Shown: positions 11,146 to 21,879 of the stretch, piece after piece | Position numbering within the stretch: position 1 is the first letter of the stretch | Layout of the letters: each line of letters begins with the position of its first letter | Assembly (NCBI GenBank): GCA_963695855.1 | Contig: CAVOHZ010000003.1 | Span: forward strand, 288,001-352,000 | Length of the DNA stretch: 64,000 nt | Source: an uncultured Nitrososphaerales archaeon | GTDB taxonomy: Archaea; Thermoproteota; Nitrososphaeria; Nitrososphaerales; Nitrososphaeraceae | Direction of reading: 5' to 3' | The notes under the pieces: generated by a model | Database searches by the model: none | Told to the model about the DNA's origin: nothing | The model's input: only the letters and a program-made list of their open reading frames with translations | Position numbers and translations under genes: made by a program

Positions 11146-12198
11146 TGTTGTACTTACTAACATAGGTTACAATTTCATTTACTGACATGGGTAACACTTT
11201 CTAGTTCTGCTAGGAAGTGTATAAAAAATAGAAATACAAACAAGATATAATTTAATTCATGAAAAAGAATGGACTGGAGATACGGTAACTGATATTTGTA
11301 CTAGATATCAAATATCCAGAAAGATATACTACAAGTGGAGGAACAGGTACCTAAAGTATGGAATAAATGGTCTACATGATAGAAGTAGAAAACCACACAA
11401 TATACAACCTGCAAAAATAACAAAAGAGATAGAAGAAGAAATATTGGATTTACGTATAACAAAAAGATTTGGATGTAACCGGATCAGATTCAGGTTAAAA
11501 AGACTAGAGGAGATGTCACTAAGTACAAGAATCATATACAAGATATTGAAAAGACATGGTCTGAATATCCTGGAATGCAAGATAAGGAATAAAAGAAAAT
11601 GGAATAGGTTTGCAATGAAAAAACCCAATCAAATGGTACAGATGGATATTTTAGGTCCTTTTTATCTAGAAAATTGTGCTCAAAAGAACTATTTTATCAG
11701 TTGTGAAGATGATTGTTCAAGAAAGGTATCAAGTGACTGGTCTGAAAGAAAAAGAAGCATAGATGTATTGCATGTACTAGAAGACTATATTGTAGAGAAT
11801 GGGAAACCAGAAAAGGTAATGCATGATAATGGTAAACAGTTTACATCCAGAATATTTAGACGTTTTCTACAACGTAATAACATTAAAGATAAATCCATAC
11901 CTGCCAGATATCCGCAACTACAGGGAAAGATAGAAGCATATAACAAGATAGTAAAAAACGAATTTTTAGCAGTAGAAAATATTCCTAATGTAGAAGATGG
12001 AAAGAGAATGTATTCCATGTTTGTAAAAGCATACAATGAAGAAAGAGAACATGGTGGCATCAATGGTCACACACCATCTGAAATGTTTCTTAGGAAAGGA
12101 AGATTAAATAATCATAATGGTAACAAGAAAATCAAGCAGCTAAAAAGTGTTACCCATGTTGGTAAGTGAATCTGTTACCGATCTATGTAAGTACAACA
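11146..12198 (+). mobile_element. IS481-family insertion sequence nested in IS110
   Basis: TGT...ACA ends; 12-bp perfect terminal IR tgttgtacttac plus a subterminal IR (catgggtaacacttt); 6-bp target duplication actacc/actatc with one mismatch. Confidence 0.92.
11217..12169 (+). pseudogene. IS481 DDE transposase (HTH plus integrase core), frameshifted at the 5' end
   Basis: ISRKIYYKWRNRY..G..GLHDRSRKPH; PNQMVQMD; DDCSR; HDNGKQF; PQLQGKIE. The GTG at 11217 is out of frame by 1 nt at an A6 tract. Confidence 0.85.
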
Positions 12199-13075
12199 AC
12201 TATCAAATCCAATTAAAACAAGAGCAATTGCATCAGCAAAAATAAAGACAGACAAAATAGATGCAGTAAAACTGGCAGGTTTACTGAGAGGAGGATTCAT
12301 ATCAGAATGTTATGTATCTAAAAAAACTATGGAAGTACGTGAGATGATAAGACATAGGATTGCATTAGTAAGAATGAGAACCAGATTGAAGAACAAGATC
12401 CATGGGATAATGCTTATGAAAGGAATGTGAATTAATAGTAACAATAATAGTACTGCTCGCTTCATAATAGAGTATATCAATAAACTACAAGCATTGAACG
12501 ATTATAGAATTGATGCTTACATTCATCTGATAGACTCATTTGATTATGAGATTAAACATGTATCCAAGCAGATTGCTGTATATGCAAAAGAAAAGAAGAT
12601 ATTGCAAGATTATTGTTGGTGACAGTACCTGGTATCGGATACTATTCTGCTCTTCTTCTTCTAATAAGTGAAATTGGCGATATTAACAGATTTACAGATT
12701 CAAACCATCTTTGTTCTTATGCGGGATTGATACCATCAACTCATAGTTCTGGTGGAATAACATATCATGGTAAAATAAATAAAACAGGCAGTAAATATTT
12801 GAGATGGATAATGGTTGAATGTGTAGGTTCTCATATCAGAACTCAACCTGACAGTAACATAACAAAATTCTATTATAGACTGGCAAAAAAGAAGGGAAGT
12901 GCTAAAGCAACAGTTGCAGCATCATCCAAAATGTTAAAGATAGTTTACTGGATAATGAAAGAGAAGAGAGAATATACATATACAAATAACAACAACAATA
13001 ACAATAACAATGATAAAATTGAAAAAAAGAATTAAAATTATTATTTTAGTTAAGGTGATAACAAATTATTATTAC

Positions 13076-13193
13076 AGCCACAAGACAGCTATTGAGGGAA
13101 AGCCTCGTCGATCTAACTGTGCTAACTCCTTAACAAATGGATAAAGAAGGTAATAATGAGGGAGAGCCTCGGATGGATAAGAAGTATCCGTTT
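13076..13193 (+). ncRNA. Candidate IS110 bridge/seek RNA (two stem-internal loop-hairpin modules)
   Basis: Twin hairpins tgagg-gaaag-cctcg and tgagg-gagag-cctcg, each closed across an internal loop by an outer stem (agccacaag/ctgtgct; aaatggata/tatccgttt), in the non-coding end downstream of the transposase. Confidence 0.65.
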
Positions 13194-13496
13194 CTACAAA
13201 TAAACAGATAATGTGGAGATGAATGAATAAAAAAAATAACAATTATGAATTAAGATAAATATTTAATAATACTTCACATGGACATGGATATCGTATGTGT
13301 ACGATTGGATCAAATTATTCATATATCTATATAACACCAAAATCAGGAATACAATAATATTCAGTATATGAGGTGAACTAGTCTTAACTTAACAGACCAT
13401 TTAATTAGTTACTATATATGCATTCAATATATTCTTAAATTTCAACGCCTAACTTGTTATAAGTATTTATTTCCACCCTGATTTAATTTTATTAGA

Positions 13497-14297
13497 TTGA
13501 AATTTCTGCTTACAGAAACGCAATTAAATATCCTAATTATTAAAATCAATCGACCTGAGGTTTTAAATGCCTTGAATTTTGAGGTAGTTTCTGAAATATC
13601 TGAAACTCTAGATTCTATTCCAGCAGATGAAGAAATAAAAGCAATTATTATCACTGGCGAAGGAGATAAATCATTTTGTGTAGGGGGAGATCTGAAATAT
13701 GTATCTAATTTAACCCCTAATGAAGCCGAATTATATGCAATTCATGTACATAAACTATTGAACAAAATTGAAAATTTTGATACCCCAGTGATAGCAGCGA
13801 TAAATGGGTATGCTCTAGGAGGTGGATGTCAATTAGCCTTAGCGTGTGATCTAAGATTTGCTTCAAATAACGCCAGAATTGGACAAACAGAGGTAACAAT
13901 TGGCATTCCTCCGGGCTGGGGTGGAACTCAGAGATTGGCTAGAATTGTTGGAGTCTCAAAAGCTAAAGAATTAATTTATACTGGCAGAATAATCTCAGCA
14001 CATGAAGCAAAAGATATCGGATTAGTAAATGAAATAATTAAATTCGAAATGAATCAATCAAATAATAATAAAATTAATCATAAAAAAAAATTAAAACAAG
14101 AATCATTTATCTCTAGATGCATTTCTTTATGTGAATTAATAACCAGGAACAATTCTTTTGCACTTAAGATAAGTAAAACCTTGATCAATAAAGCAAGAGA
14201 TGTAAATATAGAAGGTGGTCTTTTGATGGAGAGATATGGTTGTAGTCTTTGCTTTACAAATCTGAATACGGAGAAGATTAAAGATTTATTATCTTAA
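13497..14297 (+). CDS. Enoyl-CoA hydratase/isomerase (crotonase) family protein
   Basis: NRPEVLNAL, FCVGGDL, AAINGYALGGGCQLA, GIPPGWGGTQRL. Confidence 0.92.
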   Translation: MKFLLTETQLNILIIKINRPEVLNALNFEVVSEISETLDSIPADEEIKAIIITGEGDKSFCVGGDLKYVSNLTPNEAELYAIHVHKLLNKIENFDTPVIAAINGYALGGGCQLALACDLRFASNNARIGQTEVTIGIPPGWGGTQRLARIVGVSKAKELIYTGRIISAHEAKDIGLVNEIIKFEMNQSNNNKINHKKKLKQESFISRCISLCELITRNNSFALKISKTLINKARDVNIEGGLLMERYGCSLCFTNLNTEKIKDLLS

Positions 14298-15284
14298 TAC
14301 TAGCGAAACATAACATTCGATTCTTATGATGTAGCGATTTAAGAAATAATTAAACGCTTGATAAATTCATTATTTCTTCTAAATAAATTAAATTAAATTA
14401 AATTAAATTTAAATATCTTTTAGCGACCAGATATGTCCAAATTAAGTTGTTTACTTCGTTTCACATTATTTCTTCCGAATTATTTCGATATTTTCCTTCG
14501 TTATAATCTGATACATTTCTGGATCATCATGGGATGATTCATAGTGAGGCGATTCGTAGTACTATTGTTCCTCTTCCTGTTCAACGTCAGCAGCTGTTGT
14601 TCTTTCGCCTGTTGTTGATCCTGATAACCTTCATGTTTCAGAAATCTTTTCTAAAAGTATCTCTTGAATGAATTTTACGTTATTTTATAAAGTTCATTGA
14701 ATATTCAATTTCATGTAGTTCTAGATTCAAATTAATGACTGGATATGTGGAAGACCTATTTTGGGATTTTGGTTCAGAAAATTTTATTGAAACATCTTGA
14801 TATTTTCAGGTTTAATATTAACCTTTTTTTCGTTGATACTAGAATTTTCTCTAAGTTTTAAATCATAATAACTCGAATAAATTCATTCCAAGAATACATA
14901 TATTTCAAAAATATTATTATATTTTTCAACTTTATGTTAAACTATATTTAAGAAAAGTCATATAGACCAATAAGATATAATAGGTGAGATACAAATAAGA
15001 TATTGTTATTTACAACTTGTCAAACACATCTTACTTTTTTTAACTCAAAAATAAAATATAGAGTACAAACAATAGCATAAAACTTGATTTTCAACCTATA
15101 TGTTTAACGGTAACAAAAAACATAAGACAATAATAAAAATAGAATTTTAATTTAAAACAACTATAATAAATACGACCTAGGATTCCTAATTCTATAAGGC
15201 TTAGATTTATTTGACTGTTGACAGCAATTTTTTATTTTATTTTTTTCCGAATAAATAATTTTTAAAACAAATTATAAATTGGAT

Positions 15285-16250
15285 TTAATTGTTATCCCCT
15301 GTCATTTCAAGATTTTCTATTTTATCTATCAATTCGTTCATCTTGGCCGTGAAAGGGTGTTTTGGATGTTTCAATACAGTCATAAATTCGCTACTATCAA
15401 ATTGAATATCACAATAACACGGCACGCTACTCATTACGTCCATAGCAAGATCTTTTTTCAATTTCTCTATGGTTTGAGATTGTTCATTTAGAACTACAGC
15501 ATAATTGATTTCTGGCGTATACGAATAATCTTGAAGATTTGGAGGAAGACAATAGCCTGCAACTCTATTCAAAAGAAGATATGATTTAACTCCTAATTTC
15601 ATAAATGAAGAATAAATTTCACTAGCCATTCTTCTAGTTCCCTCTATATCAATACCATCCATTTTTAAAGAGAGTAAAATCATATCTGCAATAGCCAAAG
15701 AATTTATTGACCAATATCTTATTCCTGGGCTTGTATCAATTATGATATAGTCAATATTCTTTTTTGATGCCATTTCTTCTTTAATATGAATAAATTTTCT
15801 CAATAATTCTATTTTTGATGAGTCGCTACGTATCGCACCATCAAGTTTTGCTATCTCGTTTTTTGAAGAGTTAGAAAAGGAAACAAAAAGTTTACCCATT
15901 TTTAAATTTTCATTATGATCGGATTCCTCAGAGAATTTCTCTACCTTGTTGGTAAGGTCGTATACAACCTCATCAAAATCAGCTACTTCAAAAAGAAAGT
16001 CATTGATCCATTTATCTGGAGATGTGTTAAAATAAGTTTGCAGGCTTGGTGCATAAACATCCATATCCAAAAGCAAAACATTCAGTCCTCTACGGGTTAG
16101 CAGAGCTGCGATATTTGAACTCATAGTAGACTTACCTGTACCACCCTTGTAGGAATGGAAGGCAATACATTTTTTCAATAAAATTGTAAATAAGTCGTGT
16201 TTATTAAAATTTTCATATATTGGGGAATTCAGTAATAAATTTAATTCCAA
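15285..16250 (-). CDS. MinD/ParA-family ATPase (true start may be the TTG before KKCIAF)
   Basis: Deviant Walker A HSYKGGTGKS, LLDMD.YAPSL, YIIIDTSPG, LLLNRV. Confidence 0.9.
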   Translation of the reverse strand: MELNLLLNSPIYENFNKHDLFTILLKKCIAFHSYKGGTGKSTMSSNIAALLTRRGLNVLLLDMDVYAPSLQTYFNTSPDKWINDFLFEVADFDEVVYDLTNKVEKFSEESDHNENLKMGKLFVSFSNSSKNEIAKLDGAIRSDSSKIELLRKFIHIKEEMASKKNIDYIIIDTSPGIRYWSINSLAIADMILLSLKMDGIDIEGTRRMASEIYSSFMKLGVKSYLLLNRVAGYCLPPNLQDYSYTPEINYAVVLNEQSQTIEKLKKDLAMDVMSSVPCYCDIQFDSSEFMTVLKHPKHPFTAKMNELIDKIENLEMTGDNN

Positions 16251-16430
16251 AATAGATTAGACATTTGAAAAAAAATATTAAACTTTTATTTATTTTTGGT
16301 TGGTCTTGTTTTTCGATTTGAAAACTGGTTGTGAAACCTGTTGGGTATAGCCTGCCGCATTTTCTTTCGATAAAGATAATCAAATATGGGCTTCACCCTA
16401 TTTTTTAGGAAAATGTTTCCCATTATTTTA

Positions 16431-17735
16431 TGGATACTATTTTTCATTACCAATATTCATCATCTTCTCCTCCTCAATATGTGGTGGCATCTTCCAATTT
16501 GAAATGAATTCATAATATCAGATATTATAGTGCGGAATGTATTCTGTTCTGCTTGTAGTCTAAAAATGCATCTCTGATTGCTAGTTCTGCTTGCTGATAG
16601 TTCTGAAAAACATTTGATCAGGTGTACTCCTTCTTTAGTGTTTTATGGAATGATTCGATGTGTCAGTTTTGTTCCTGGGTATTGTAGTAGATATGTTCTA
16701 ATTTCAATCCCAGTACCGATATGGATTTTCTAAATCCTCTGTTTGTATACTCATCCGTTGTCTGTTCCTATTACCAGATCTTGTGGTATTATTTTCTTGT
16801 GTATTAAACAAGATTTTCTACCAATATTATAGCGTTCTCTTTTACTGCGGATAGATCAAAACAGTAATAGATCCATTCCCTTGTCAATAAATTAAATACA
16901 TTGAATAGGTAACCCCATCTATCAATACCACAGTGTAGGTAGGTGAGATCTGCTTCCAATACCTGGTTTGGTCTACCTACTCTTACATTGAATCCTTTTG
17001 ACCGTATAATTTTCTTCTTATTTTTAGATGATGTAATATAACCCATCTTTCTGAAGATTCTCTGTATCTGCTTTCTATTGATTGGTCTACCTAATAGTCT
17101 TGTCAACATTGAATTGTAGCCATTCTTCTTGAACCAAAAGTTGGTCTTCGAGAAATTTGCTGAATCTCTTTTTCTATTGTTTATGATTATCGAGGTGGTA
17201 GTGCTGCAGTTACTGCAGTCACTGCAGCAATATGATTTGTATGATATTCCTTCTGTTCGCTGTGCCGATTGTTGTACTAGTACATATTTTACTACAACTA
17301 GAATATGTCGGTGTCTATCTAATACCCTTAGTATCGATGTTTAGTATTGTTTTGACCACTGCTAACCTTTTCTTCCTGTTTTTAACGTTTTTTAAATGGA
17401 TCTATTGCTGTTGTCTGTTCACCAATGATCTTCTTTAGTCTCTCAATCTCTGGTTATTTGTTCTTGTTTATCGTATTGTGTTTACTGCAACCTGAACGTG
17501 TCATCCTGTCACCATCGATGAATTTGTGTTTCCAGTTGTAGACCACGTCTGCATTGAGATTGTATTTTTTATACGATTGAGCTACTTTGATATTCGTAGT
17601 CAATGATTTCATTACAATCCTTGTCTTGTCTTCTGGTCTCTACGTTCTAATATTATTCTCATTCTTTATCTTTAACATCCTGCATCAGTATGAAATCCTA
17701 TACTTGTCGTAATGATAGGAGTAAAAAAGTCTGCA
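16431..17735 (-). mobile_element. Heavily decayed IS3-family element (orfA HTH plus orfB integrase pseudogenes)
   Basis: orfA remnant RIVMKSLTTNI...KYNL...YNWKHKFIDG; orfB remnant INRKQIQRI...PNQVLEADLTYLHCGIDRWGYLFNVF; TG...CA ends with weak IR; flanking tta/tta; about 1.3 kb. Confidence 0.78.
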
Positions 17736-18161
17736 TTACAAGATGTTCTCATTTTCAATGGATCCAGACCAAATCCTGTCTTTTATTTAAGAAATTCTTC
17801 TGCTCTGTTATCAATATCCTTTGAATCTTTAACTGCGTTTCACAGATCGGTATCTAGCTCTGCTTTGGACATACTTCCAAATAGTTAACAATCTGTTGTT
17901 GTAATATATCTGGTTATTTGTATCAAAATTTTATCAGGCTTGAAAATACATATTTTCCAGTTTTTCAGAATATAGGAAATTTAGTTAGTAACTATAGTTT
18001 GGCATCATACACAAACTCGATGGCAGATCGCTTTTCCTATGTTAGATATGATAATTATCAAATATGATTTGAAAAAATAGGCTTATTGATATAAGTAATC
18101 TTATTTATTAGTTATAATCTTCTTTTAACATTATGATATTTGTTTTATAATCATTTTTAAA

Positions 18162-19748
18162 TTAAAATGTTATTTTTTTTGTCAAAGACTGGAACTTTAG
18201 AGGTAATTCAGAATTTCCAAAATTTTTGTCATCATATGCAGAATACATTTTTATCACCTGACCATGTTTTATCTGATGGTCTCCGATATAATGAATGATC
18301 TCTTTATATTTATCATCTAGTAGTATCAAATTTTCTGCCAGTGCTCCTTCTAACAAAATATGCCATCCATCACCTATATCCATCACTCTTCTTGCAAATA
18401 TAATACCAGGACCCCAAATATTCTGATTATTGTTAATATCGTTGACAATAAAAACTGACCCAGATGCCAATCCAATTCTGATACCAAGTTTGGAATCATC
18501 ATCAAAAGCATTTTCGTTGTGCTTGCGTATTTCATGATGCAACTGGATACTTAGTTCAAGAGGAGCTTCAGGGTTTGAGATGAATCCTATCGCCATACCA
18601 TCACCCGTTGCCAACACTTTTTTTTCAGTATTTTTTCGAAAAGCAGGACAGACAGATATCAAATTGTTTAGTAATTCTATCTTCTGTATCTGCTTTCTTA
18701 CAGATAACAACGGATTTGAAAGTCCTACTATATCTATAAAGAAAAAGTTTGCATCCAGAACTGTGGACTGTCCTATGTTAGTCATTCCAGAGTCTCCATA
18801 AATTCCATGCAATTTAATATAGACTTCTAAATGATTTTTATGAAAAGCCATATCTTGGTGAAAAACTGGATTTTCAGCAATTGGTATCTTACACACGCTA
18901 CAGATTAAGGATACTTTCTTTGATGAAGATGGTTCTTGAAAAAGCAATCTTCCAGTGCCGTTAGTATGGATATTGACCCATTTTGAAGGTATTTTTTCTC
19001 CTGTGAAAGAGGCTATTCGGATCATTCTTTTACTATCTTCAGCGTTTTTACCTTCCTCTATTTTCATTTCTAGTATTGTATCAAATAAGGTACTCACTTT
19101 TTCAATGATGTTCTCATCAAGTGTTAGATTATTTACCGTAAATATGGATTTGATTCCTTTGCTTTTTAGAAAGAGAGATAATAGATTAATAAAACGTAAT
19201 ACGTCTTTTTCCTCAAAAATTGTACATAGATGTGAAATTGAATCTAGTACTAAAACAGTATTATTACTATAACTATCTTTACTTGTTGAACCATCAATAG
19301 AAGCGAGATTCTCCTTATCTTTTGATGTTTCCAGACGATCAGGTCTATGCGAGTTTTGTTCTTTATTATTTTTACTATCTTTATCTATTTCTAAAAATCT
19401 TTGCTCGACTTCTTTAAGAGTTGAGAATAATTTATTATCTATGTTTAATTTATTGTGAATCTTTAAATCATCTGTATCCTCTTTTAGAAAAGGATTGACA
19501 AAAAGAGAATTAGAAAGAATTGTATCTGATATAACATTAGGAAAGAAATTTCGAAATTGTTTTAACATAATATTGGAACTTATGTAAATCACATGGTTAT
19601 TATTAGCCAGGGATTCAGCCAAAAAAGTTTTACAATAAGTTGTCTTGCCTACAGCCCTTGGGCCTATCAATAAGAAAAGATTATTGTCCTCTATCTCTTT
19701 ATATGATATTTTTCTTCCCAATAAGACATCAATACCAGGAATAGGCAT
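18162..19748 (-). CDS. KaiC/RAD55-like P-loop ATPase fused via a C-x2-C-x16-H-x2-H finger to a class III nucleotidyl-cyclase domain
   Basis: IPGIDVLL, Walker A GPRAVGKT, Walker B VLVLDS; CSVC..HKNH; FFFIDIVG, TGDG, IRIGL.SG, NIWGPGII.ARR. Confidence 0.85.
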   Translation of the reverse strand: MPIPGIDVLLGRKISYKEIEDNNLFLLIGPRAVGKTTYCKTFLAESLANNNHVIYISSNIMLKQFRNFFPNVISDTILSNSLFVNPFLKEDTDDLKIHNKLNIDNKLFSTLKEVEQRFLEIDKDSKNNKEQNSHRPDRLETSKDKENLASIDGSTSKDSYSNNTVLVLDSISHLCTIFEEKDVLRFINLLSLFLKSKGIKSIFTVNNLTLDENIIEKVSTLFDTILEMKIEEGKNAEDSKRMIRIASFTGEKIPSKWVNIHTNGTGRLLFQEPSSSKKVSLICSVCKIPIAENPVFHQDMAFHKNHLEVYIKLHGIYGDSGMTNIGQSTVLDANFFFIDIVGLSNPLLSVRKQIQKIELLNNLISVCPAFRKNTEKKVLATGDGMAIGFISNPEAPLELSIQLHHEIRKHNENAFDDDSKLGIRIGLASGSVFIVNDINNNQNIWGPGIIFARRVMDIGDGWHILLEGALAENLILLDDKYKEIIHYIGDHQIKHGQVIKMYSAYDDKNFGNSELPLKFQSLTKKITF

Positions 19749-20544
19749 GTTTATCAGAGATTGACCTGAATATTTATAGTTAAGTTATTAGTTTAAGAAT
19801 ATAATTTTGAAATAAAATTATGGTTGCTATATTTTTTACAGGTTTACTGGTAGTAAAATAATGACTTTATTAGATATAACCTTCTCGATCAAAAATATAA
19901 TACCAGTACATCTTTTTGCAATTAGATAAAATACACACTTTATTTTCAATGTAATTAACTACGGTCATCTCCTGGTATTTTATTCAATAATTTATTATCT
20001 TTAAATCCTGGAAAGCAATCTCTACCTTCTCTATCTAAAGTTCCTAATCTTCTAGTAAGATGGTATAACTTTTGAGGTAGCGGAACATAACTTTTTACTA
20101 GGTTCATATATCATACATCTCTATATATGTTCCTATGATTTAGATCAAACAAAAATTATGATAATGAATTAGTTACTTGTGTATGATTTGTAATATACAA
20201 GAAGTATTAGAAATCTGTCCTTTACTGAATTTTTGAAAAGTCTTCCTACTGCATGAATACATCTGATTCTCTTCTTTTGGATAAATGTTTTACCTAATAT
20301 TTTGGATATTTTCATTCTAATGGCTTGTATATTGAATCAATTTCAATAATTGCAATCCAGTAAAGCACCTGAACAATAACGGCTTTTCAGATATATGTCG
20401 TAATTTAGCAAATGAATAACGAATTGTCCTAGATGGCCTCTTAAATTTTCTTTTAATATTGTCTTCGACAAAAGAAATAATTCTAAGATTTTAGCAGTAT
20501 TTTTGATCTACTTGTTTTAAATTTCTTAAAAAAAGAATTAAATC

Positions 20545-20925
20545 TTGGATGTCTATAATATTTTGACATATAGAGAGATGGCCGCTAAAACTAAAAAAAA
20601 TGATAAAAAAAATGAGGAACAGTCAATAGACAGTAATCTTCCTAATCCTTTTACCTCCATGATAGAATTTTGGCAAAAATATTCAACAGATTGGATGGAA
20701 CAATATGGAGAATTTATAAAAGACATCCAACGGATTGGGGAGTTACAGAAAGAATCTCTGAAAAATACTCAAAGGATGAGTGAATTATATAAAGAATTAG
20801 TAGGTACTGTGGAAAATATGAATCTATTATACAAAGAATCTGTGAAAATTACAGAAAGGATGACAAGATATTGGGTAGATTATTCAAAATCTTTCTTTCA
20901 TGAAGAAAAAAAAGGCTCCGGCTAA
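20545..20925 (+). CDS. Hypothetical helical protein (phasin/PhaE-like character)
   Basis: Amphipathic, Trp-containing helical pattern (FWQKYSTDWMEQY); probable start at the ATG of MAAKTKK. Confidence 0.55.
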   Translation: MDVYNILTYREMAAKTKKNDKKNEEQSIDSNLPNPFTSMIEFWQKYSTDWMEQYGEFIKDIQRIGELQKESLKNTQRMSELYKELVGTVENMNLLYKESVKITERMTRYWVDYSKSFFHEEKKGSG

Positions 20926-21355
20926 AATAAATTATATTTTACAAAGTCCTACAAAATGCATGAAAAATACAAAATAAATTTTATATTCATAAGGACATCT
21001 GTTTTGTAGCTTCTTTATTTATGTAGATGTGAATATACCGAAAAAATTGTAACGTAAAATGGATAGAAATATTCATTAGATAACATTTAGGAAAGCTATT
21101 TACGTATGGTAAAATTTATCTTTTGACCATCCTAAATATTATCTGAAAACTAAAAAATGGAATGGTGAAGTATTATACTAAAAATGGAGTCTTTTTTATA
21201 CGAAAAGTCAACGCAAATTATTTTTAATAGATTTTATTTTGTAGATCAATTATCGCTTCACAAACGAATCTCTACAACAAGATAAGTTTATTATAGAGAT
21301 CACTATTGAATTTCTTTTAGCAATACAAGACAGACAAAAAATTACCATAGATCTT

Positions 21356-21604
21356 TTAGTCAAAGCCTTCATGTTCATTCAGCATACCAAAACTGTTGTA
21401 AAATCTACATTCTGGTATACAACCAGTAAATTGGTTACATCCAATTCCATCATAACCACCCTGTCCATTATTTCTTCTGTACCATGAGCTTTTGTGAAAA
21501 TACCATTGTGATTTATATTCCTGATATTTAGCTTCTGGACTAATCTTTTTCAATACTTGGTTGTCTTCTGATAAGAATAACCTGTTCGCCACAAAGAATA
21601 ACAA
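21356..21604 (-). CDS. Hypothetical small protein with Cys cluster (C..x4..C..x3..C)
   Basis: Protein-like composition (WYRRNNGQGGYDGIGCNQFTGCIPECRFY); start uncertain. Confidence 0.5.
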   Translation of the reverse strand: MLFFVANRLFLSEDNQVLKKISPEAKYQEYKSQWYFHKSSWYRRNNGQGGYDGIGCNQFTGCIPECRFYNSFGMLNEHEGFD

Positions 21605-21879
21605 CAGTTTAACATTTATATGAATACAGTAAGATTAATCTGTAAAAAAATTCTCTATAAATATTCAGATATTTTAAAAATTTAGTAAATATATTACATT
21701 TCTATCTATCCCTAGGAAAGTTTATCAAATATTTCTAGATATTAAATCCAAAAAATAATCTGAAAATAAATCAATAATTGATTCTTTAATTTTCTTTAAT
21801 AATAAACTCACAATATTTGTATGTTCATTTAAAAAGGACACTTATGGATAAATATATATCGTGTTTTTAATTTGTTGAA

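Larger units (their letters stand above)
10880..13035 (+). pseudogene. IS110 transposase split by an IS481 insertion, with a premature TGA (12428-12430) and a frameshift near 12590
   Basis: Removing 11146-12198 plus one target copy restores ...NLDVILSNPIKTRAIASAKIKTDKIDA... Confidence 0.88.
10787..13290 (+). mobile_element. IS110-family (IS1111-like layout) element, inactivated and interrupted by IS481; boundaries approximate
   Basis: RuvC-like N-terminus YVGMDLHK...VVMES...KTDKIDA and C-terminal domain VPGIG...YAGLIPSTHSSGG. Weak sub-terminal IR (gtgctgttaagt / acttcacatggac). About 250-nt non-coding 3' end. Confidence 0.8.

Noticed and set aside
14420-14870. Decayed coding-like DNA here and at 17740-18010, 27780-28400 and 46600-46900
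   Set aside because: Multiple stops in all frames and no identifiable family
18162-18780. Pycsar/CBASS-type defence operon
   Set aside because: No adjacent TIR, TM or nuclease effector with a cyclic-nucleotide-binding domain; the cyclase is fused to a KaiC-like ATPase instead
20090-20440. Possible IS6-like relic on the minus strand (WIAI..., KRTDF)
   Set aside because: Only faint, discontinuous similarity; cannot be supported without a search
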